Shown: piece after piece, positions 8,361 through 18,692 of the stretch
Layout: every line of letters starts with the position of its first letter
How positions within the stretch are numbered: position 1 is the first letter of the stretch
Assembly: GCA_021155885.1 (NCBI GenBank)
Contig: JAJNBB010000002.1
Span: forward strand, 2,929-66,928
Origin: Fibrobacteria bacterium
GTDB lineage: Bacteria; Fibrobacterota; Fibrobacteria; UBA11236
Direction of reading: 5' to 3'
DNA: 64,000 nt
Program-made: the position numbers and the translations under genes
Notes under the pieces: model-generated
The model's database searches: none
The model's input: the letters and a program-made list of their open reading frames with translations, nothing else
Told to the model about the DNA's origin: nothing

Positions 8361-10102
8361 TGGCCCACTACAAACTCAAGGCGGACAAACAAGGCGCCCC
8401 CGGCGGCAAGACCGACTTCCGCAAGGGATCGCCCGCCAAGCGGGAAGCCACGGAAAGAAAAGGATCGGCGGGGCGTGATTTCGAGGCCTCCCAAAAGCCG
8501 AGCGCGTCGAACCGGCCCCAGGGAAATCACGCGACGCGCAAGATCGCACGCTTCACGGAGCAAACGCGGCGCGGACGAGGCCCCCGCGTCGAGGCGGAGG
8601 AGCCCGCCCCGTTCCCGGTATCCAAGGGCCGCCGCGTGCGCGAATCCCCCGCCGCCCGGCAGTCGGTGCGCGAGCGCCCCGCCTACCGCGAGGCCGCTCC
8701 CGCCGGGTACGGAAAGAGCGCCAACGAGTTCGCCGCCCTGATGCGGGAAACCGCGCGCGGCATGGGCCTGTCGGACCGTCTCGATCCCGAGCCCGCCCCG
8801 CTCGCGCTGCTCGATTACAAAACCGAGCTCGACCTGAAGAACGCTTCGATCCGCGCGTGGTGGAAGCATCACGACATCCCCGACAAGCCCTCGCTGGTGA
8901 TCCCCTCGCCCCTGCCCCGCCACTACCGCACCACTTCCAAGCGCCGCCCCGTGCGCCAGGGCGACCGCTGGCGCTGGGACTTTTTCCTCGAGCGCCTCGG
9001 CGGCACGGCGAAGGCCGGCATCGACGTCCTCGAGCCCGCGTCCCACGAGGCCGTCTACAAGGCCGCCTTGGCCAAGCTGAACGAGGACGCCTACCGCGGC
9101 CTCGCGACCAGCCTCAACTTCCTGATCGTGCGCGGCGACGCGGAGCTCATGGTCATCTTCAACGTCTTCCGCCTCGGCCCCGAGGTCGTGCGCAAGGCGA
9201 AGATGCTGGGCGAGCACCTCGCGAAGACCCCCGGGGCCAAGGTGGTAGCGGCGCATATCTTCTTCGACAAGACCCGGTCCGACTACTATCTCGAGGCGCG
9301 CGTGTCGGAGGGAGCCTTCCGCCTCAAGCGCCTGTTCGGTCCCGAGTACCTTCCCATCAACGTGGAGGCGCGCCGCTTCCTTCTGCATCCCACCGGGTTC
9401 TTCCAGGTCAACGCTTCGATCCTGCCGCGCGTGATCGGCGAGGTGGGCAACGCGCTCAAGCCCGGCCCCGACGACCGCCTGCTGGACCTCTATTGCGGCT
9501 GCGGCCTGTTCACCTTGCCCATCGCCGCGGCCTGCGCCGAGGCCTTCGGCATCGAAGGTTCGCCCGTCTCGATCGAGGCCGCCAAAAAGGCTTCGACCTT
9601 CGAGACGCGGCACGCGCGCTTCGCGGCCAGCCGCATCGACGCGAAAACCCTGTCGCGCCTGCTTCCCCCTCCCGACGGGCGCCCCGAGATCCTGCTGCTC
9701 GATCCCCCGCGACAGGGCACGGCGCCCGGCGTCATCTCGCTGTTGGCCGAGCGCAAGCCCCGCCGCGTGGCCTATCTCTTCTGCGACATGAACACGCTTC
9801 CCGACGAAGTGAAGAAGTGGCGCAAGCAGGGCTATATGATCGCCAAGGCGATGCCGTTCGACATGTTCCCCGGCACCAACAACCTCGAGATGCTGGTCGT
9901 GCTGATCCCCGACAAGTACGGGATCCTGGGCCGCAAGAAGATCAAGGTCGACGCGGTGGACGAGCCCCCCAAGGGACCCGCGGCGGCGCACCGCGATCCG
10001 CCCGCGGCCGGGAAGACCGGCGGAAAAGTTCCGCGGGGCAAGAAGCAAGAGGGCGAGCGCAAGAGCCGCAAGGCGCCGGGACGCCCGCGCCGCCGGCACT
10101 GA
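8360..10102 (+). CDS. Class I SAM-dependent RNA (uracil-5)-methyltransferase of the TrmA/RlmD family, with long basic N- and C-terminal extensions.
   Basis: Motifs FFQVN, DLYCGCGLFTLP, LDPPRQG and LFCDMNT. The ATG at 8360 (MAHYKLK) is preferred over the out-of-frame upstream ORF at 7961. The first 190 aa or so and the last 60 aa or so are R/K/P-rich low complexity. No TRAM domain is recognisable. Confidence 0.75.
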   Translation: MAHYKLKADKQGAPGGKTDFRKGSPAKREATERKGSAGRDFEASQKPSASNRPQGNHATRKIARFTEQTRRGRGPRVEAEEPAPFPVSKGRRVRESPAARQSVRERPAYREAAPAGYGKSANEFAALMRETARGMGLSDRLDPEPAPLALLDYKTELDLKNASIRAWWKHHDIPDKPSLVIPSPLPRHYRTTSKRRPVRQGDRWRWDFFLERLGGTAKAGIDVLEPASHEAVYKAALAKLNEDAYRGLATSLNFLIVRGDAELMVIFNVFRLGPEVVRKAKMLGEHLAKTPGAKVVAAHIFFDKTRSDYYLEARVSEGAFRLKRLFGPEYLPINVEARRFLLHPTGFFQVNASILPRVIGEVGNALKPGPDDRLLDLYCGCGLFTLPIAAACAEAFGIEGSPVSIEAAKKASTFETRHARFAASRIDAKTLSRLLPPPDGRPEILLLDPPRQGTAPGVISLLAERKPRRVAYLFCDMNTLPDEVKKWRKQGYMIAKAMPFDMFPGTNNLEMLVVLIPDKYGILGRKKIKVDAVDEPPKGPAAAHRDPPAAGKTGGKVPRGKKQEGERKSRKAPGRPRRRH

Positions 10103-10132
10103 GGCCTCGCGGCCTTGGGAGTCTTGGAGTCT

Positions 10133-12259
10133 TTAGGGCGAGGAGGTAGCCAGGCTTCCGTTGGCGCCCACGACCACCCAGAGGCTGGAGTTCCCCGCGG
10201 CGCCGTACTGGTTGCCGTTCAGAACCGTCAGGGGGGCGCTGCCCCGGGAAGCGGTCGAGGATCCCAGCACCGTGCCCCCGCTGCCGACGATCAGCAATTG
10301 GTTTCCCATCCAGGCCACCCCGTATAACGCGGTGGTGGCGCCTGCGCCCGTGGTGCGCGCGGTCCAGGTGATCCCGTCCGCCGAGGCGTATTCATGCGGC
10401 GAGAAGTTCGCGCCCACGGCCACGAAGGCGGTTCCGGCCCACGCCACGGCATTGTAGGCGTTCGGCGTGGGCGAGAGGCGCGACGTCCAGGTGATTCCGT
10501 CGGCGGAGGTCACGATCGTCCCGGCCGCGCCCACGGCAACCCATTGTCCCTTCCCGGAACTCGACGGGGGCGACCACGCCACGCCGTTCAGGGCGTTGGC
10601 GGTGCCCGAGGTTCGCACGGTCCACGTCGCCGCGTCCGGCGAGGTGAGGATGGTCCCTGCCGCGCCCACGGCCACCCACTGCGAGTCGGCGCGGACCACG
10701 GCGGCCAGGGGATTCGTCGTGCCCGATTTCCGCGGCGTCCAGTTCATGCCGTTATCGGACGAGGTCAGGATCGTTCCGTCGGCGCCGACTACGGCCCAGA
10801 CGCCGCCGCCGTTCGCCACCCCGCCGAGGGCGGCGTCGCTTCCGGAGTTGCGCAGGGTCCAGGTCGTGCCGTTGGGCGAGGTCAGGACCGTGCCCGAATC
10901 TCCGACAGCGACGAAGACGCTTCCCGAGGTCGCCACCGCCTTCAAGGTGTTGGCCGTGCCTGAAGTCCGGACCGTCCAGGCCGGTGGAGAGGTCGGGGTG
11001 GCGGGGGCCGACGGCAGGGAAAGCGGGCCGGAGCCCGCGGCGTTGATCGCCCGCGCCACGAAGGTGTAGGCGGCGCCGTTGGTCAACCCGTAGATCGTGC
11101 AGGCGGGCCCCGTCGCCTCGCACGACTTCGCCGTGTCGGAAACGGCGTAGGCCTTGTAACCCGTGATCACCGACCCGCCGTTCGCGGCCGGGGCCGTCCA
11201 CGATACCAGGACTTCGGCGTGTCCGGGAACGGCGGTCACCCCGGTCGGGGCGCCGGGAACATCGATCACCGCGGCGGTGGGGGTCACCGGCGGGGAGGCC
11301 GCCGAGGCGGGGCCCGCGCCCCTGCCGTTGGTGGCCTTGACCGCGAAGGTATAGGCGACGCCGTTGGTCAGGCCCGGAATGACGCAGGTCCGGGTTCCCG
11401 TCGTCGCGCAGCTCTTCAGCGTGTCCGCCGTTGCGTAGGCCTTGTAGCGCGTGATCGGCAGGCCGCCGTCCAGGGCGGGGGGCGCCCACGATACCGTAAC
11501 TTGTCCGTTACCCACCTCCGCGAGCACCGAGTCGGGCGCGCCCGGAGGCCCCAGCCGGATCACGGGCGCGGAGGCCGCCGAAAGCGGCCCCTGGACGAGG
11601 CCGTTCCTTCCGAAAACCCGGAAGGTGTACGGGACGCCGTCGACCAGGCCGTCGACCAGGCAGGAACGCCGCTGGTCGGTTCCCGCGAGCGTCGTCGTGT
11701 CGCCGCAGCGCTTCGTGCTGTCCTCCACGGCGCGGACTTCATAGGTCGCGGCGATGGTGTCGCCGCCCGCGACCGCGTCCCAAAAAACCACGACCTCTCC
11801 GAGGACGAGGCCCGCCGTCACCTGCTCGGGCCGGCGCGGCGCGGCCGTGAGGACGATCTCCGCGCTTACCGTGAGGCACGTCGTCATGATCACGGGCCGG
11901 AAATCGTGGGTGCGCGCGGGCGCGCAGATTTCGGAGTATTCCCCGTCCGGGCTGCCCTGAGCATACACGGCGAAGGAAACGGCCACGCCGTGGGGAATCC
12001 CGGAAAGGACGCACGTCGTATCCGGATCGCTCACGGTGCAGTTCAGGCCGCCGTCCCGGAGCTCCCCGTTCTCGCGGATCAGAAAGGCCGTATACGAGAG
12101 GGCGCCGGCGGAGCGGTTCCAGGTCAAAGTCACCGCATGGTCGCCCGGCTCCACGGAGAGGGCCTCTATCTCGGCGGGAACGCCTGGCTGCTCGGCGACC
12201 AAACAGGAAGCCAATAGCCCCGCCAAAAGGGCCATTCCCATCGAAAAAACCTTTTTCAT
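10133..12259 (-). CDS. Second Fn3-repeat plus BNR beta-propeller surface lipoprotein, a paralog of 5594-7852.
   Basis: Start at MKKVFSMGMALLAGLLASC (lipobox). Multiple Fn3 units (VTVSW.PPALDGG, VLVSWTAPAANGGS) followed by Asp-box repeats (SPNGTTWT, SSDNGMNWT, SPDAATWT, SADGITWT, SADGITWT). Confidence 0.75.
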   Translation of the reverse strand: MKKVFSMGMALLAGLLASCLVAEQPGVPAEIEALSVEPGDHAVTLTWNRSAGALSYTAFLIRENGELRDGGLNCTVSDPDTTCVLSGIPHGVAVSFAVYAQGSPDGEYSEICAPARTHDFRPVIMTTCLTVSAEIVLTAAPRRPEQVTAGLVLGEVVVFWDAVAGGDTIAATYEVRAVEDSTKRCGDTTTLAGTDQRRSCLVDGLVDGVPYTFRVFGRNGLVQGPLSAASAPVIRLGPPGAPDSVLAEVGNGQVTVSWAPPALDGGLPITRYKAYATADTLKSCATTGTRTCVIPGLTNGVAYTFAVKATNGRGAGPASAASPPVTPTAAVIDVPGAPTGVTAVPGHAEVLVSWTAPAANGGSVITGYKAYAVSDTAKSCEATGPACTIYGLTNGAAYTFVARAINAAGSGPLSLPSAPATPTSPPAWTVRTSGTANTLKAVATSGSVFVAVGDSGTVLTSPNGTTWTLRNSGSDAALGGVANGGGVWAVVGADGTILTSSDNGMNWTPRKSGTTNPLAAVVRADSQWVAVGAAGTILTSPDAATWTVRTSGTANALNGVAWSPPSSSGKGQWVAVGAAGTIVTSADGITWTSRLSPTPNAYNAVAWAGTAFVAVGANFSPHEYASADGITWTARTTGAGATTALYGVAWMGNQLLIVGSGGTVLGSSTASRGSAPLTVLNGNQYGAAGNSSLWVVVGANGSLATSSP

Positions 12260-12603
12260 TGCTTCAAATATACGTTTGCCTCTCCGCTCGCCATGCCCGC
12301 GCGCGCTAGCAACCTCGCGATGCCCGCGACGTGGCAAGCCTGCGTCCGATGGCTAAACGGCCTCAAAATCGCGACTTCGCCGTCCGGTCGCGTTATCGGT
12401 TTTCCAACAACCTCTCTCTTCGCCGTCAGGGACGCGGCGCGCGACCGCCGGTCGTCGGCGCCGTTTTCCGATTTAAAGAGGATCACAAATTTTTACCAAA
12501 AACCTGTGCATTCCGGGCTCTTTTCGACGTTATCACCAAACCCCGCGGCCAATTCGAACGAGCCGAACTAGCTATATTTGCCTCTCCCACCCGCGAGAAC
12601 TTT

Positions 12604-14247
<1,644 letters not shown>

Positions 14248-14348
14248 TTCTTGATTTTCAAACATCGACGCGGGTCTCGGCGGTATATTCTGCGAAACGG
14301 GATATGCCGCCGCCTGGCGGCCTTCCCGACAGAAAGGTCCGCACTCCC

Positions 14349-15602
14349 ATGTCTCTCAAGCCAATGAAAATTTCCCTGAGCCTCGCCGCCCTCTTGTCGG
14401 CTTTGACGGCCGCGCAAGCCGCCCGCGTTCCCGCCACCTCGGAAGGAACGGGCACCGGCACCCGCTGGACCTTTACCAGCGGCCCCGCCACCTTGAAATC
14501 CGGGGCCAAGGCCGCCGGCCGCATCATGTCGCTCCAGTATGCCGGCCTCGAAATCCTGCACATGGATACGGCTACCGCCACGAATTACGGCTCCACCTTC
14601 TGGCCCAGCCCGCAGGCGGCCTGGGCGAGCAACTGGCCCCCCTCGGCCAACATCGACGGCAACGGGGCCTACACGGCCATGTATACCGACACCTCGCTGG
14701 TGCTCAACGGCCAGACCGACGCCACCAACAACGTGCGCATCAACAAGCAGTATTGGGCCAACTCGGCGGACACTTCCTTTGGCCAGCGGTTCACCCTGAT
14801 CAACACCGGCACGTCGGCGAAGGCCTGGGCTCCGTGGCAGGATACCCGCGTCGATACCGGCGGCATCTATTTGTTCCCGAAGGGAACCGGCGCCCCGACC
14901 GGCGATCTCGGGCAATTCGTCAAGGATTCCAACAACATCAGTTGGTACCGTCACGACGCCAATAACACGCTGGCCTCCGGCACGACCAAGTTCTACGCCG
15001 ACGGCTCCCTCGGCTGGTTCGCCCACGTCAAGGCGAATCGCGTCGTGCTCATCAAGAAATTCAGCGACACGCCCGCGGCGAAAAAAGCCCCCGGAGTCGA
15101 GAACGAAATCGAACTCTACTCGACCAACAGACCGCTTACCGGCACGGATTTCGTGGAGATGGAGGTCCAGGGTTCCTATGACACGATCCCGGCGGGCGAT
15201 TCCATCGTCTGGAACATGAAGTGGTACGTGCGCAAGCTTCCGGACAGCGTCACGGTCGCGGTGGGCAACCCTTCCATCGTGAATTTCGTCAACAAGGTCC
15301 TCGCGGGCCCGGTTTCCATCAACGGGAACGCGGCGCGCTCCGCTCGGGCGTCCTCCTTCCAGCTGGGATCCGCCGGCCGCCGGATATCCCTGGATCTCGC
15401 GAAGAACGCCGACGTCACCCTTTCCCTGTTGAATTCCTCGGGCCGTGAAATCAGCCGTCTCCACGCCGGGCGCCTCGCTCAGGGCCGCCATGAGTTCGCG
15501 CTGGGCGCGGCGATGCCGAAGGGCGTCTATTGGATCGTCCTCAAGGAAGCCTCGCGCCCGGGCATCCTCGGGATGCACAAGCTGGTCTGGCTGGAGAATT
15601 AG
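14349..15602 (+). CDS. Secreted hypothetical protein with a T9SS-like C-terminal sorting domain.
   Basis: Signal peptide MSLKPMKISLSLAALLSALTAAQA. The C-terminal roughly 80 aa (DVTLSLLNSSGREISRLHAG...GVYWIVLK...KLVWLEN) resemble a Por-secretion CTD beta-sandwich. The middle region is unrecognised. Confidence 0.55.
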   Translation: MSLKPMKISLSLAALLSALTAAQAARVPATSEGTGTGTRWTFTSGPATLKSGAKAAGRIMSLQYAGLEILHMDTATATNYGSTFWPSPQAAWASNWPPSANIDGNGAYTAMYTDTSLVLNGQTDATNNVRINKQYWANSADTSFGQRFTLINTGTSAKAWAPWQDTRVDTGGIYLFPKGTGAPTGDLGQFVKDSNNISWYRHDANNTLASGTTKFYADGSLGWFAHVKANRVVLIKKFSDTPAAKKAPGVENEIELYSTNRPLTGTDFVEMEVQGSYDTIPAGDSIVWNMKWYVRKLPDSVTVAVGNPSIVNFVNKVLAGPVSINGNAARSARASSFQLGSAGRRISLDLAKNADVTLSLLNSSGREISRLHAGRLAQGRHEFALGAAMPKGVYWIVLKEASRPGILGMHKLVWLEN

Positions 15603-15624
15603 GCGCGGGCTTTTCGCGTCCTTT

Positions 15625-15656
15625 GGAGGAGGCCTTCGCGGGCCTCCTTTTTTTTG
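15625..15656 (+). terminator. Rho-independent terminator (GGAGGCC-TTCGCG-GGCCTCC followed by T8).
   Basis: Perfect 7-bp GC stem followed by TTTTTTTT, 25 nt after the stop of the 14349-15602 gene. Confidence 0.85.
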
Positions 15657-15745
15657 TCGAAGTCCGCGAATTTCGGGACTCCGGGGGCCCCCGGCCTTGT
15701 ATTTTCCCCGGCAGTCGCGCCCCATGCACCTACTACTTTTCCAGC

Positions 15746-15988
15746 ATGCCCTTTACATACCGGCTGATCTCCTTTCTTTATGGATTGCTGGTCCATCCCC
15801 GCAGCCGTCAGCCGCGACGCGGCGTTTTCGCGCTTTTGTACTACGCCATCGGCGGCTTCGTGGCCTTCATCGTGGTCAGCATGGTGCTGCTTTGCCTGGA
15901 GGCCTACAATCTTCCCTTCGCGCGCGACTTCCTGTACGCCCGCATGGGCGCCCCGGTGCTGACCGCCCTGGAATCCCTGCTGTTTTGA
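15746..15988 (+). CDS. Small hypothetical membrane protein (two predicted TM helices).
   Basis: 81 aa: MPFTYRLISFLYGLLV...YYAIGGFVAFIVVSMVLLCL. It lies 30 nt upstream of a histidine kinase gene. Coding status is uncertain. Confidence 0.4.
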   Translation: MPFTYRLISFLYGLLVHPRSRQPRRGVFALLYYAIGGFVAFIVVSMVLLCLEAYNLPFARDFLYARMGAPVLTALESLLF

Positions 15989-16018
15989 CCGGCCGAGGGT
16001 GAACGTCGTGGTGAAAAC

Positions 16019-18001
16019 ATGGCCCTGAAGATCCCGCGCCGCCGCCTGCTGCTCTTCGCGGTCCCCATTCTGCTGCCGGGCCTCGTGCTCGCCTACCTCA
16101 GCTTCCGTTCGGTGAAGGACGAGCGTCTGCTGCTGGAAAAATCGCAGGAGGCGCGCTACGAGTCCTTCGCCGACGCCGTGGACCGCACGATCCGCAAGAC
16201 GCGCCAGGCCCACCTCGAGCGGCTGCGCAAGGATCTGTCGGAAGGGGGCGCGGCCGAGACGCCCGCCGCCGCCTGGTCGCTCGCCTCGCGCCTGCTCGAG
16301 AACCCGCTGACGCATTCGGTGGCCGTCTTTCACGGAGACACCGCGATGTTCCCCCGCATGCCGCGCAACGATTCCGGGCCCGCCGAAAGCCTCTCCCCGG
16401 CCGCGGAAGGGCTGCGCCGCGGACCGCGCAACGCCCTGGAAAGACAGGTGCGCGAGGAGTGGCGCGCCGGCTTGTACGGAAAGGCGCTCGCGAGCCTGCG
16501 CCTGCTTTTGCACGGCCCCGACAGCCTCGGCCCGGAAAACGTCGAGCTCCGGTTCGGCTTTCGCCTGATGGAACTGAAATGCCTCGCGCGCCTTGGCGAC
16601 GCTTCCGAGGCCGTCGCGGCCGCGCGCCGCATGGTGCGCGACCTCATGGAAACCTCGGAATTGGACTCCTATTATCGAACGGGCTTCTATCTCTCGGAGA
16701 CGGCCGACCTGATGACCTCGATGGAAAACCTTCCCCGCGACGCGCGCGAGGAATTTTTCACCTTGCACCAGCGCCTGCCCCGCTTTCTTTCGAACGCGGA
16801 CGTCGTCCGCCGCGAGTGGCCGGATTCGCCCGAGGAAATCCTCCGCAGCCAGGCCTATGGACCGGAGGACTCGCTGCGCGTGCAGTACTACCGGGGCATG
16901 CCCTACCTGCTGGTCGGATTCCCCTGGCTGGACCAGGGTGCGCAGGCGCTGATCCGGCTGGAAGACCGCGTGCTGGTGGAAGCGCTGCGCACCGAACTGC
17001 AGCAGGACCGCCGCTCGTTGTGGAAGGACATGGACTTCTCCGTTTCGAACCTCCGCGACGAAACCGTCCTGGCCTCCGAGGGATTGAACGCGGGCGAGCG
17101 CGAGCCGGCGCTCGAGCGTTCCTTCGAGGAGCAGTTCCCGGCCTGGAGGCTCGTGGTCTACAAGAAGCCGGCGGGCGACCTCATCGCGCAGGGACGCTGG
17201 CGCATCGGGCTCCAGTACACCTTGCTGGCCTTCTCCCTCCTCTCGCTGCTGATGGGGATCGTGGTTTTGTTCAAGGCGCTGGCCGACGAGCAGCGCCTGG
17301 TCAGCATGAAGAGCAATTTCATCTCCGCCGTTTCCCACGAGCTGAAAACGCCGCTCACCGCCATCCGCATGTTTTCGGAGATGCTGGCGAGCGGGCGCGC
17401 GGCCGAGGAAAAGCGCGGGCAATACGCGCAGCGCATCGGCGCCGAGGCCGAGCGCCTGCAGGGCATGATCGAGGGGATTCTCAACTACACGCGCCTCGAG
17501 GAAAACCCGGACGCGCTGCGTTTCGAGGAACTCGACCTCTCCGAGGCGGCGCGGGATTCGGCGGCCCTGATGTCGGGAGCCTTCGCCAAGGCGGGCATTC
17601 GCCTGACGACCCGCCTGGCCGAAAGCGCCCCGTTGCGGGCCGACTACAACGCGGTGCGCTCCGTGATCCAGAATCTCCTGGAGAACGCGCTAAAATATTC
17701 CCCCGCCGGGTCCGAGGTCGTGTTGGAAATCCGCGCGCTTTCCGCGGAGATTATTCTGCGCGTTGCCGACCGGGGCATCGGCATCGAGCCGGCGGACCTG
17801 AAGCGTATTTTTGAGAAATTCTACCGGGCCGGGGACGAAATGACGCGGCGCACGCGCGGCAGCGGCCTGGGGCTGGCGCTGGTGAAGCGCATCGTGGACG
17901 CGCACGGCGGCACGATCAAGGTCGCCAGCAAACCCGGCGAGGGAACGGAAATGACGATAATTTTCAGGAGGGAAACGGATGCACCGCATACTGATCGTTG
18001 A
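16019..18001 (+). CDS. Sensor histidine kinase (HisKA/HATPase_c, OmpR-partner type) with a large periplasmic/sensor N-terminal region.
   Basis: N-terminal TM helix, second TM helix at about aa 400, H-box SHELKTPLTAIRMFSEML, and N/G1/G2 boxes (LENALKYSP, DRGIGI, GSGLGLALVKRI). Confidence 0.88.
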   Translation: MALKIPRRRLLLFAVPILLPGLVLAYLSFRSVKDERLLLEKSQEARYESFADAVDRTIRKTRQAHLERLRKDLSEGGAAETPAAAWSLASRLLENPLTHSVAVFHGDTAMFPRMPRNDSGPAESLSPAAEGLRRGPRNALERQVREEWRAGLYGKALASLRLLLHGPDSLGPENVELRFGFRLMELKCLARLGDASEAVAAARRMVRDLMETSELDSYYRTGFYLSETADLMTSMENLPRDAREEFFTLHQRLPRFLSNADVVRREWPDSPEEILRSQAYGPEDSLRVQYYRGMPYLLVGFPWLDQGAQALIRLEDRVLVEALRTELQQDRRSLWKDMDFSVSNLRDETVLASEGLNAGEREPALERSFEEQFPAWRLVVYKKPAGDLIAQGRWRIGLQYTLLAFSLLSLLMGIVVLFKALADEQRLVSMKSNFISAVSHELKTPLTAIRMFSEMLASGRAAEEKRGQYAQRIGAEAERLQGMIEGILNYTRLEENPDALRFEELDLSEAARDSAALMSGAFAKAGIRLTTRLAESAPLRADYNAVRSVIQNLLENALKYSPAGSEVVLEIRALSAEIILRVADRGIGIEPADLKRIFEKFYRAGDEMTRRTRGSGLGLALVKRIVDAHGGTIKVASKPGEGTEMTIIFRRETDAPHTDR

Positions 18002-18692
18002 GGACGAGGAAGCCATCCGCTCGGGCCTGCTCGATTTGCTGGAGATCGAGGGCTATGAAACCGCGGCGGTGGCCGACGGCGAAGCCGCGCTGGAGAAGGC
18101 CGCCCAGTGGAAGCCACACCTTGTGCTGCTCGACCTGATGCTGCCCAAGTCGAGCGGCTTCGACGTGTGCCGCCACCTCCGCAAGCATCATCCGGATATT
18201 TTCGTGATCATGCTGACCGCCAAGAACGAGGAGATGTCCAAGATCGCGGGCCTCGAGATGGGCGCGGACGATTACATCACCAAGCCGTTCAGCGTGTCGG
18301 AGCTGCTGGCGCGCGTGAAAACGCGCCTGCGCCGCCGCACCGAGGCCTCCGCGACGGGAGAGCCCGACCTGCTGGAGTTCGGCGAGGTCAAGATCGATTT
18401 CCGCCGGTACGAGGCCCTGCGCAAGGACAAGCACCTCGATCTCTCCGCCAAGGAGTTCCAGATCCTGCGCTACCTGGCGGGCCGCGCCGGCGAAGTCGTG
18501 ACGCGCGAGGACCTTTTGCAGGCGATCTGGGGCTACACCCCCGACAACATGCCCACCACGCGCACCGTGGACAACCAGATCCTGAAGCTGCGCCAAAAAC
18601 TGGAACAGGACGCGGCCCATCCCGTCTGGATCAAGAGCGTGCGGGGCGTCGGGTACAAGTTCGATCCCGAGGGCTCGCCGTCGGCGGAATGA
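17979..18692 (+). CDS. OmpR-family response regulator.
   Basis: Receiver domain (ILIVEDEE...LVLLDLMLP...ADDYITKPF) plus a winged-helix trans_reg_C domain (LSAKEFQILRYL...RTVDNQILKLRQKL). It overlaps the kinase by 23 nt. Confidence 0.9.
   Translation: MHRILIVEDEEAIRSGLLDLLEIEGYETAAVADGEAALEKAAQWKPHLVLLDLMLPKSSGFDVCRHLRKHHPDIFVIMLTAKNEEMSKIAGLEMGADDYITKPFSVSELLARVKTRLRRRTEASATGEPDLLEFGEVKIDFRRYEALRKDKHLDLSAKEFQILRYLAGRAGEVVTREDLLQAIWGYTPDNMPTTRTVDNQILKLRQKLEQDAAHPVWIKSVRGVGYKFDPEGSPSAE

Noticed and set aside
8357-10099. 580-aa minus-strand ORF, and the 8857-10149 plus-strand alternative frame
   Set aside because: Shadows of the methyltransferase CDS with no domain signatures.
15599-17422. 607-aa minus-strand ORF across the histidine kinase gene
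   Set aside because: It is antisense to a well-supported histidine kinase CDS (H-box, HATPase_c). In about 68 % GC DNA, stop-free antisense frames are expected. Its composition is Arg/Ala/Gly/Leu-rich with no motifs.
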